Shown one piece after another: positions 20,125 to 29,136 of a DNA stretch of 64,000 bases. The position numbers and the translations under genes are program-made. The notes under the pieces were generated by a model. The model saw only the letters and a list, made by a program, of their open reading frames with translations, searched no databases and was not told the DNA's origin. This stretch comes from Candidatus Thorarchaeota archaeon (GTDB lineage: Archaea; Asgardarchaeota; Thorarchaeia; Thorarchaeales; Thorarchaeaceae), in assembly GCA_048884965.1 (NCBI GenBank), contig JBHLQH010000010.1, forward strand, positions 51,956 to 115,955, written 5' to 3'. Positions within the stretch are counted from its first letter, which is position 1; each line of letters starts with the position of its first letter.

Positions 20125-21051
20125 CTACCCCAATGCCTGCAATAGCTTCTTTGTAATGGTTTCAGCATCAAATCCAGGCTTAGCCTCAATGCCTTTTGGT
20201 ATGACTAGCATTGCAATCTGTTCGAATTCCTTTGTACTAAGGTCCTTCTTCTTGCCACCCACCTGTGAAGCCATGCGAATTATTGCTATAGCTGAACGAA
20301 TTGACGCAGGTGTTTTGATCTCCCTGTGATCTCGAGTGGCTATTATCAGCTGATGAGCCTTCTGAAGGAATTCCTTCGAGAGTGTTGATCCTGGCACATT
20401 GGCTTGAATGATATCAAGCTCAACAGAGGGTTCCGGATAGTCCAATCGTATCCAGACACGTATCCTATCCTTGAGTGCCTCTGACATTCGGTGTGTACCA
20501 GCCATATCACCGGGATTCACTGCTGCAATCAGGAAGAAGTTCTCATGTGCCTTTACTCGTGCCAGCTGAGGCAAGTACAGGGTTCGCTCCTCAAGCCATT
20601 CGAGGAAGCTGTTCTGAACGAACTCATTCGCTCGATTCAGTTCATTGGCAACGAACACACCACCTGATACGAAAAGTCTGGCGAAGGGACCCGGTTCAAA
20701 GGATTTCCATCCATAGCCTCCCTTGAGAACCTGAGCTGGGTTGTGGACACCAACTAAGTGCGCTGGGCGAGTGGAGTCATCCATGGTCATGACTTCGAAT
20801 CCGCGACCAGTTTCATTTGCGTAGGATGTTGCCAATAGGGTCTTGCCAGTACCTGGAGGTCCAGTAAGAGCTGGCGTTAGACCAGCGGCATCAGCTGCTT
20901 CGAGCCAATCGAAGGCGGCTGCATACTGTCCCTTCTTCACGAGTTTCACAGATGGTGTCTGTACCTCTACTACTAGATTCTTAGCAATCTCTGAAAAATT
21001 AGAAGATGACTTGGTGTCACCAGTTCCTTCTGTAGCCATAATATACCCCAC
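20125..21051 (-). CDS. MoxR-family AAA+ ATPase
   Basis: Walker A GPPGTGKT, FEPGPF, Walker B variant VFVANELNR, AAVNP, MSEALKDR and sensor-2 SIR. Confidence 0.93.
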   Translation of the reverse strand: MGYIMATEGTGDTKSSSNFSEIAKNLVVEVQTPSVKLVKKGQYAAAFDWLEAADAAGLTPALTGPPGTGKTLLATSYANETGRGFEVMTMDDSTRPAHLVGVHNPAQVLKGGYGWKSFEPGPFARLFVSGGVFVANELNRANEFVQNSFLEWLEERTLYLPQLARVKAHENFFLIAAVNPGDMAGTHRMSEALKDRIRVWIRLDYPEPSVELDIIQANVPGSTLSKEFLQKAHQLIIATRDHREIKTPASIRSAIAIIRMASQVGGKKKDLSTKEFEQIAMLVIPKGIEAKPGFDAETITKKLLQALG

Positions 21052-21116
21052 ATTTAACGGTTTTACCCGCTCCTATCTTGAAGCCAAGACTTCAACGAGC
21101 AGTTGTCTTGATAGCG

Positions 21117-21126
21117 AATATATAAA
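21117..21126 (-). promoter_or_regulatory. Putative TATA box for the MoxR operon
   Basis: Minus strand reads TTTATATATT upstream of the MoxR start. Confidence 0.45.
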
Positions 21127-21182
21127 TCCCTACCAACTAATATATCCCCCTTATTCCAAAGAAACCAAATACTTAGGAGTTC

Positions 21183-21217
21183 GAGAAAAAGAAGAGGAGC
21201 CCCTCATATCGAGGGGC
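21183..21217 (-). terminator. Hairpin plus pyrimidine tract after the FG-GAP giant gene
   Basis: GCCCCTC-N5-GAGGGGC (21199-21217), followed on the minus strand by TCCTCTTCTTTTTCTC. Confidence 0.6.
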
Positions 21218-21224
21218 ATTTCAT

Positions 21225-24200
21225 TTATTCTAGTTCTTTCCGTTTTCTGTACCAAATCAGACCAATGGGTACAAACAAGAGGAACACAACAGGAAGTCCA
21301 ATGCCCGCAACAACTGCAACTACTTCACCGAAGTTGACTGCTGCAGCCATCATAGGTAGTATTGGAGCTGGAGGAGCTGGAGCTGGATATGTTCCAGAAA
21401 CGACATAGACGGTGTCCAGTCGGTGGAATACAACATCCATCGGTCCAGAGGTTCCCACGAAGTGCCCGATGTTTGGCCGGAATACCTTCGCACCACCTGT
21501 GATGACATAGTGCCATAGTAGGTCACCAGTGTGCCCATCTATGATGTCGAGGTACTCATAGTTGACGAAGACGATGTCCTCATATCCGTCATCATTCATG
21601 TCTGCAACAGACATGGACGAGTCCCATGAGTTCAGTAACAAAGGTGCGATGAATCGCATTGCTTCTGTCGTATCCTCGTTATAGGCATAGACACCACTCT
21701 TCTCAGCATATACCACAAGCTCATCCTTGCCATCTCCGTCAACATCTCCTGCCGCGAAGTCTAACACCAGATATAAGGTAGGTAGCACGTAGATCTGAGT
21801 GTTGGTGCCACCGTTTACCAAATGTAGATCATAGATGCTATCCATCCAGACAAAGTCTGCATAGGCATCGCCAGTGAAGTTGCCAACGATCAGGTCATAG
21901 ACGCTAGATCCACCAGTGCCAAGAATACTGTAGAATACACCATTGGTTCCAGTATACACTACTATTGCTTCATTAGTCCCTCCGATGGCTACATCGGGCA
22001 GACCGTCACCAGTGATATCTCCCACTGCCATATTGTAGACAGTTGCGGTGATGTTCATACTCGACTTATAGTGGAGAGTTCCATCATGGTTGTACCATCC
22101 GATGAAGACATGCGTCCCATCCTGCCAGAGAATTGCAATCTCATCATTGCTCTGTGCAGCATTGAAGTTCTCGACATAGAAGTCCTGAGGATAGAAGTTC
22201 GTTGGGTTCGCAATGGTACCGATTTGAGCACCATTCGTACCACTTAGGACATAGAAGTCATCGTTATCATCAAAGAGAACGATGTCCCACCAGCCCGTTC
22301 CGTCCATGTTGCCGATGTCAACCTTCTGAATGATGCCCGGAACTTGCACACTCCAGAGGAGTGCTCCATTGGTACCATTCAGAAGATAGATGGTTCCGTT
22401 GTTATCCCAAGTCACTATCTCGTCGATTCCATCAGCATTGAGGTCTTCTGCAGCTGTACCGTAGATGGACACGTTTGTAAAGGATTTCTCATAGTAGAGG
22501 GTGTGTGCTGGAAATACATACTCGGTTTCTGGAAGCACACGCTCGTAGGAGTCGATTCCCAGAATCTCAAAGGTACCTAGGTCCCAAGAGAATGCTGTGT
22601 CCATTCCGGTTCCATGTATATCAGCTGCGTATACAGCATATGGCCATCCGTTCGTCTTGTTGAACCAAATGGGGATGCCGTTCTTGCCATCTAATGCAAC
22701 CATCACACCACTTGTACTATTCACCAATCCCACTATGAGATCAAGTTCACCGGATCCTCCGAAGTGACCTGTATCCACATCATATGTGTTGAAGACGGTA
22801 TCAGCACTGTAGTGCCATTGAGTCACTCCTGCCTTGATGTCCTCCATGTAAATGTGGCCTTGTACATTCCAAGCTACAACTTCTAATGAATCATCTCCAT
22901 CAAAGTCGTCAACAAGCACTTCCAACACATACCACGAAGTTGAGTACGGTGTGGAGTTGTAAATGAACTCACCTGTACTTAGGTCAAGTACATGAATTCC
23001 AAACCTTGCGAAGACGAGATCATCAAGACCATCATCATTGAAGTCAGCAGTCTTTATCGCAGGGAGGATTGCTGCATAGGAACTTGGTGTCTGATACAGA
23101 ATCGTTCCATTGAATGGGTTGACAAGAGATATTCTTGTTCCCTGGACCATCGCAACAGTTAGATTGCTCGCTCCTGTGAAATTACCGAACTTGACTTGCT
23201 CGATATCTCCAGCAGCTAAAGCCCAGCTGTGGTACAATGTTCCATCATCATGGAGCAGATAGAGAGAATCACCTGCGGTGCCGACTGCGATTTCGACGTT
23301 GCCATCGAGGTCTGCATCAGCAACATCGATCGCCTCGATAGCCGAGCCAGTGTCATAGCTCCAGACTTCAGAGCCATCTGCGATGTCAAGAACCCAGATC
23401 ATGCCATCAAAGCCAGCTAGTAGCACTTCAGGAACTGTGTCATTGTTGATGTCTGCGAGAACTAGTCGCTTGAATCCGGCGCTAGAGTCAGTATTATTCC
23501 ACAAGCTAGTTCCATCATCATCGAATGCTTGAGCTCGATTATTGCTATATGGAGCAGTAATCAATTCCTCCTTACCATCTTGGTCGATGTCATAAGATGC
23601 AATTGGATTAGAGCCGCCAAACCAGCCATAGCCAGTTGATATTGCAGTCCAATTTACTACCGATCCTCTGAGTGGCGAAATCCCTTCAGAAACATCGATG
23701 TACTCCAAGAAGTATACCTCTCCTCGCTCACAAGCGACAGCAATGTCATCCCAACCATTTCCATTACTATCCGACACAGCAACGCCAGTTACTGGATTGG
23801 CGTACTCATCTGAGAGCCAGTCTTCAAGATAGTACATGAAGCTCGTTCCATTATTAGAGGACTTCATCTCGTACATAGCAACCTGATGGTCAAATCCAAC
23901 AACGACTTCCCTCCTTCCATCGCCATCAGTGTCTCCAACATCGAGGTCAACAACCTCTCGCAGGTGATTTAGAGCCCAATCAGACTGGAAGTTCTGTCCG
24001 TAGACGATATCTGGGAATAACCACCTGTACCATCCCTGATCTCCAACTTTCACATGCATAACATATGAGAAAGTGAAGGTATAGAGGAATCCTGCATCGG
24101 GTCTGGCACAGAAAGCTGGTGAATAGGAGGTTGGTTGTGGCACGGAATAGGTCACATAACCTCCGGGATATTCAGTCCTAGTCACTGTATCCGGCAAGGT

Positions 24201-27200
24201 GTTCAGTTCCTCAGGAACACTCCATGAGGCACCATCATCCTGACTTGCAACCATCTTGAATCTCTCTTCAAGCTCAGCATCCAGAACTTCATAAAGCACG
24301 ACCAGACTCTTGTCGTCCGTCCTCAGATAATCGATATCAACAAACATTTCCTCAGAGTAGGATGTCGTTGCTTGGTGTGGGTTGACACCTGTCCAATTGA
24401 AGTCATCGTTGGAAACGGCAACCCAGATGTCATGATCTGGTTTGTAGGTATCGATATTCTCTGCAGAAAGTGCGACAGCAATCCTACCATCAGCCAATCT
24501 GACAGCATCGATATCATGCGTTCTCATTCGATTATAGTTGTTGAAGTTCAATGGAACTCCAAAGTATCCACCAGTCATGTCTTTCCTGATTATTCTACAA
24601 CCGATATCAGATATCGACAATGCAGCTTGGTAGGTGTATACCATTCCAATATGAGTTGCGTTAAACTCGAAGACACCGGGAGTGAATCTATCAACCCAGA
24701 ACATGCCTGTGGTTTCTGGAAGGAGCATGGCAGTATGCCATCCAACACCTATCTCACCCCATAACATTGCAAGGTAATGGGTTCCTCCAGCGTCATAAGC
24801 CTCCCATGCTATGTAGACATCTCCATCGGTTGTCGTCGTGACTGATGGCTTATACTCTGAGACAATATTGCTTGAGTTTCCACTGTAGGTAATGTAGTTC
24901 TGAAGTGGAACTCCAGCAGACCAGATATCAATGCTATCAATGTAGGTCTTAACGAAGATTTGGGGTGTAGAAGCTTGAGATTCGTATACCATATACGCAA
25001 ATCCTACGCCAGCACCTGTTTCGAAGAAGGCAACATCCTTGATAGACCTGCCAGCTTGAGAGTAGATCTCGCTTCCGAACATTGTTGTCTTTACTGGGAG
25101 AATCGGATAGTTGGGACTCGCGGTGACATATTCGACCTTCTGGTATCCATTATCCACTCCAGGGATGTGTTCCCACATATCGAATCCCTGACTATGACCA
25201 AAGATGATCTCAGTTTCACCATCATAGTCTTGGTCATCCAAAGTAATCACAGTTATTGGATTCCATCTAGTTATCTCAGTTGGAGCGATCCACGATCGCT
25301 GGAACGACCCACCTACACATTCATAGATATAGGCAAAGCCATTCTGTCTGACTAGACGGATATCTTGGATACCACCAAAGATGATCTCACGATAGCCATC
25401 CTTGTCAGTATCACACATTGTCATCGCATTGATCTGGTAATACTTGAACTGCGAGTTCTCGCCATTTCCAGGTAGATAGTATCTGCCTTCCATAATGTAA
25501 CTGGTTATGTAGAAGTCGTTATCTTCTAGGTCATCAAAGGAGTCATGGTTGATATTGTAGACGAATAAGTATGGACCTGCAGCAACAGCAAGCTCCATCC
25601 TTCCATCCTGATCAATATCGTCACCCGCTGCAATGGCAGTTATCTTGGTCGCGAAGTCCTTGAAATTCACACGGTTGCCCCACTGTGTATCTCGTAGGTC
25701 AAAGGAATAGACATAGCGGACCGCATCACCACCAAAGAGACCTTGCTCTTCAAAGATGTACAGCTGCAGATTCGCTGCGACTATAATCTCCTTGAGGCCG
25801 TCTTGATCCAGATCGACATCAGCAATGAGATGTTCAGCATGGTCCCAGATCTTCCTCTTGAAGTCACCAGAGATTCCTTCGAGATCCTCATACGCATAGG
25901 GACTCTCATCAGAGACCTCAGTGTGATTAAGATCGAACGACCTGAACATCCGTTTGTATGTGTTGTTTACAAGATGCTCAAAAGCATAGACATTGTTGTC
26001 ATAGTCACCGATGATGATCTCGTTGTTCCCATCAGAGTCTGTATCACCAGAAGCGATTGCCAAAGTCCAATCCTCTAGGTCGAAATCATTGTTCCAATCT
26101 TCCATAACATGGAAACCTAGATTGTAGAATGATCCTATCTCTCCGGACATGATGTTGATCTGCAATCTTGAAACACTGGGGTAGGTAGCTACCATGTATG
26201 CATCCGACGAACCAGATTCTGCACTGCACATCCAGATAGAATCTGTGTATGAATTGTAGGAATACATGAAGAAGTCAGGCTTCTCCCATCCTGCAAACTC
26301 ATAGTAGCGTTCCAAGAAGGGTCCATCCAAGTAATTCCCGTAATCGGGAAGCAAACGAACATTTGTCAGATTCAATAGATTGAGATTCGTTAGCTCACCA
26401 GTATTGGACATGATCTTCTTGTTTTCCACCCAGATAGGATTCTCAAAGGTTCCTTCATTGATGAAAGATGTAGCACCGTTTCGTCCATCGTAGCTGAGAA
26501 CTAGATCAAGATCACCATCACCATCCAAATCATGGAGGTCTGGTTGTCCCCAAATCTTTGAGCTCTCAATTTCGTTTATGGCATCAAAATAGCCAGGCAC
26601 CAAGGTAAAGTTCAGCGTTCCTGTTTCATCCTGTACATTCTCTGCCATGTATAAACGACCATTACTGACAACAAAGTCAAAGTCGCCATCACCATCGTAG
26701 TCTGCAAAGTCCGTTCTTGGAGTGACAGTTGCCAGATTGACCAATCCAGCTAGTTGACCATCAGTATCAAGCTGCCAAAGCTCATTGTAATTGTTCCATG
26801 GAGCTGAACTTGAAGTTCTATAGTAGAATAGGATATTACCTCTATAGAGAGGCGTTTCCATCGCCGTATCAAGACTGATGTCTTCATCGAGCCCTCCAAT
26901 GACCATGACAGAGATGTCGCTACCGTAGTTATTCAATAACCACGGATTCTCAACAGAAACGTATTCGAATCCATAGTTTACTGGAGCGATATCGTTATTG
27001 ATCTCAACCAGTAGAGGTTGTGTTAGGGGATCATAGACGAAGTTATGGTCATAGGCTCGAATCTGTGCATCACCTCCTCCAGGAAGATTCTGAGCAAGCC
27101 AAGCAGTCCATAGATTGTCACTCAATGGAGCAGGTATACCAAAACCCCACGAATTCGCTTCATACCCACCTGTCGGAGTGAAGTATCCTGCACCTTTCAA

Positions 27201-29135
27201 GTCCCAATTCGGTAGGTTCGTTGGAGTACCTACATACTCGATATCCCAAATATTGGCACCATATGTGTAGTAGTCGTCATCACCGCTCTCCCAGAATAGA
27301 TCATATATCTCAGTACTGGAGTTATACTTTATACCAAGGAGCTCCCCAATCACGGTACCGACAACGATCTTGTTCGCCTCAGTTCCGCCAGATGCCCACA
27401 GAGGACCGTTCTCTTTCAGAGGACCAATGGTCACCGCAAGAGCATCTGTAATCAGATTATATACTTGGGCTAGCTCGACCGAGTTGATGCTATATTTCGC
27501 TCCATTGAACACTGTGATCTTCGCAAATTGGAAGTAATCCCATTTCCGTCGACTCAATGCATCATCGACATCTATCTTCAGATAGTACCCCGAATATATG
27601 AAGTGGTCTGAAGTGACCTGCTCGAAATCAGTACCATCCTTTGATATGCTGAAGTTGAAGTACGGACTGAGATCTGCTCCAACGATGAACATCCCTGGGA
27701 ACTTGATAAGGACATCAGGTTCTGCGTTTGCGCTCCCCGTTCCTTCCTCATCACGTCCGAAATCAATGATAGCAGTGGCATTGTCAACTGAGGGAGAGCT
27801 CGCATCGAACTCCGAGAAGTTACCATCAGGTGCACCAGCCATACCTGTGTTGAATGGATAGACATCAGCATCTGGAAGGAAGTAGCTTCCGCCCCATACA
27901 TATTGAATAGGTTCGGGAACGTTGATCGATGCATTATCAGGATCATGATACGTGACGTTCCAAGCTTCTATGACTCGGTCAGCATAGTAATCAAGACCCC
28001 AGTAACCAAAGGTTTCCCAAGCATCATACTCCTTGACGACTTTCTGATACATGTAGGTCTTCTTGCTGGTGTCCCATTCTAGTGTGAAGACACCTTGACC
28101 TTGTGCAACGATAGCCAGTTCATCGCCAATGTCACCATCAAGCTCACCGACTGCCATCGATACTATAGGTGTCCATGTGTAGTTCTCTGATGTCCAATTG
28201 AGGTAGTAATGATTATCGTTGATTAGTGGGAATGGATAGCCGTTGATCATGAGGGTGATGCCATCATTCTCAAAGACATATACCGTCCCATCTCTGGTAC
28301 CAACGATGACCTCAGGGAGACCATTGCTATTTGTATCACCGGTCTCAAGAGAATAGACCTTATCAGCAACAGGAAGTGATGCAACCTCTCTGTAGGAAAT
28401 CCAGTGCTCCTCATTGAATGGATAGCCGGAGTGATCATCGTATTCGTAGATGTGCACATAGCCATCCCAGCCACCAGCGATGATGTCTGGGCGATAGTCA
28501 TGATCGATGTCATCCACCTTCACTGCGAAGGCTCTGAACATATCAGGACTCCTCCAGACTAGCTCGAATTGGTTCTCGGTATTGGTGTACGGATCGTAGA
28601 TGTGCTTCTGTTCGAAGACGTATACATGTCCATCTGCACAACCCGCAACAATCTCTAAGAAATCGTTGAGGTCGGTGTCTCCGAAGGCAAGGCTCATTAC
28701 ATCACTCTGGAACACTCCATCACCGGTGTCCCAGACCTTATCGAACTTGTTAGTCTCGACATTCAATCGGAAGAGGTGCACCTCATTATCGTATAGGTAC
28801 CCACCAGCAAGTGCAAGGAATCCTGTTGGCTCGTGATACTCAATCGCATGTATCGCAGCCTGTGACTTCCATGGCTCATACATGATCTTATAGTCTGCAT
28901 CTCGGTCACCCAATACCGAGCCGATGTCATAATCGCCTGGCAGGTATGGGTTATCCTCTGCGATTGCTTGCTCTACCGCCGGTACAATCTCTTCAGGTAT
29001 TGGCCCAATGCTATTTGAGAGCAAGTCATCTAGTGTACTCGGTTGTACGCTCTGTAAGGGCAGAGCGGGAATCATACCGAGTGAGCTGATGACGAGCACG
29101 CTAAGGAATAGTAATGAAAGAACTCTTGTCTTCAC
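21225..29135 (-). CDS. Giant (about 2636 aa) FG-GAP/VCBS multi-beta-propeller surface protein with signal peptide and C-terminal TM anchor
   Basis: GTG 29135 follows GGAGG and gives signal peptide MKTRVLSLLFLSVLVISSLG. More than 20 (G)DxDxDGxxE/Dhhh loops, an Asp-box SQDDGASW and PQQ-like W-containing blades. Ends with Pro linker PAPAPPAP, a TM helix and RKRK. Confidence 0.9.
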   Translation of the reverse strand: MKTRVLSLLFLSVLVISSLGMIPALPLQSVQPSTLDDLLSNSIGPIPEEIVPAVEQAIAEDNPYLPGDYDIGSVLGDRDADYKIMYEPWKSQAAIHAIEYHEPTGFLALAGGYLYDNEVHLFRLNVETNKFDKVWDTGDGVFQSDVMSLAFGDTDLNDFLEIVAGCADGHVYVFEQKHIYDPYTNTENQFELVWRSPDMFRAFAVKVDDIDHDYRPDIIAGGWDGYVHIYEYDDHSGYPFNEEHWISYREVASLPVADKVYSLETGDTNSNGLPEVIVGTRDGTVYVFENDGITLMINGYPFPLINDNHYYLNWTSENYTWTPIVSMAVGELDGDIGDELAIVAQGQGVFTLEWDTSKKTYMYQKVVKEYDAWETFGYWGLDYYADRVIEAWNVTYHDPDNASINVPEPIQYVWGGSYFLPDADVYPFNTGMAGAPDGNFSEFDASSPSVDNATAIIDFGRDEEGTGSANAEPDVLIKFPGMFIVGADLSPYFNFSISKDGTDFEQVTSDHFIYSGYYLKIDVDDALSRRKWDYFQFAKITVFNGAKYSINSVELAQVYNLITDALAVTIGPLKENGPLWASGGTEANKIVVGTVIGELLGIKYNSSTEIYDLFWESGDDDYYTYGANIWDIEYVGTPTNLPNWDLKGAGYFTPTGGYEANSWGFGIPAPLSDNLWTAWLAQNLPGGGDAQIRAYDHNFVYDPLTQPLLVEINNDIAPVNYGFEYVSVENPWLLNNYGSDISVMVIGGLDEDISLDTAMETPLYRGNILFYYRTSSSAPWNNYNELWQLDTDGQLAGLVNLATVTPRTDFADYDGDGDFDFVVSNGRLYMAENVQDETGTLNFTLVPGYFDAINEIESSKIWGQPDLHDLDGDGDLDLVLSYDGRNGATSFINEGTFENPIWVENKKIMSNTGELTNLNLLNLTNVRLLPDYGNYLDGPFLERYYEFAGWEKPDFFMYSYNSYTDSIWMCSAESGSSDAYMVATYPSVSRLQINIMSGEIGSFYNLGFHVMEDWNNDFDLEDWTLAIASGDTDSDGNNEIIIGDYDNNVYAFEHLVNNTYKRMFRSFDLNHTEVSDESPYAYEDLEGISGDFKRKIWDHAEHLIADVDLDQDGLKEIIVAANLQLYIFEEQGLFGGDAVRYVYSFDLRDTQWGNRVNFKDFATKITAIAAGDDIDQDGRMELAVAAGPYLFVYNINHDSFDDLEDNDFYITSYIMEGRYYLPGNGENSQFKYYQINAMTMCDTDKDGYREIIFGGIQDIRLVRQNGFAYIYECVGGSFQRSWIAPTEITRWNPITVITLDDQDYDGETEIIFGHSQGFDMWEHIPGVDNGYQKVEYVTASPNYPILPVKTTMFGSEIYSQAGRSIKDVAFFETGAGVGFAYMVYESQASTPQIFVKTYIDSIDIWSAGVPLQNYITYSGNSSNIVSEYKPSVTTTTDGDVYIAWEAYDAGGTHYLAMLWGEIGVGWHTAMLLPETTGMFWVDRFTPGVFEFNATHIGMVYTYQAALSISDIGCRIIRKDMTGGYFGVPLNFNNYNRMRTHDIDAVRLADGRIAVALSAENIDTYKPDHDIWVAVSNDDFNWTGVNPHQATTSYSEEMFVDIDYLRTDDKSLVVLYEVLDAELEERFKMVASQDDGASWSVPEELNTLPDTVTRTEYPGGYVTYSVPQPTSYSPAFCARPDAGFLYTFTFSYVMHVKVGDQGWYRWLFPDIVYGQNFQSDWALNHLREVVDLDVGDTDGDGRREVVVGFDHQVAMYEMKSSNNGTSFMYYLEDWLSDEYANPVTGVAVSDSNGNGWDDIAVACERGEVYFLEYIDVSEGISPLRGSVVNWTAISTGYGWFGGSNPIASYDIDQDGKEELITAPYSNNRAQAFDDDGTSLWNNTDSSAGFKRLVLADINNDTVPEVLLAGFDGMIWVLDIADGSEVWSYDTGSAIEAIDVADADLDGNVEIAVGTAGDSLYLLHDDGTLYHSWALAAGDIEQVKFGNFTGASNLTVAMVQGTRISLVNPFNGTILYQTPSSYAAILPAIKTADFNDDGLDDLVFARFGIHVLDLSTGEFIYNSTPYSTSWYVLEVLVDDFDGDDSLEVVAWNVQGHIYMEDIKAGVTQWHYSADTVFNTYDVDTGHFGGSGELDLIVGLVNSTSGVMVALDGKNGIPIWFNKTNGWPYAVYAADIHGTGMDTAFSWDLGTFEILGIDSYERVLPETEYVFPAHTLYYEKSFTNVSIYGTAAEDLNADGIDEIVTWDNNGTIYLLNGTNGALLWSVQVPGIIQKVDIGNMDGTGWWDIVLFDDNDDFYVLSGTNGAQIGTIANPTNFYPQDFYVENFNAAQSNDEIAILWQDGTHVFIGWYNHDGTLHYKSSMNITATVYNMAVGDITGDGLPDVAIGGTNEAIVVYTGTNGVFYSILGTGGSSVYDLIVGNFTGDAYADFVWMDSIYDLHLVNGGTNTQIYVLPTLYLVLDFAAGDVDGDGKDELVVYAEKSGVYAYNEDTTEAMRFIAPLLLNSWDSSMSVADMNDDGYEDIVFVNYEYLDIIDGHTGDLLWHYVITGGAKVFRPNIGHFVGTSGPMDVVFHRLDTVYVVSGTYPAPAPPAPILPMMAAAVNFGEVVAVVAGIGLPVVFLLFVPIGLIWYRKRKELE

Positions 29136-29136
29136 T

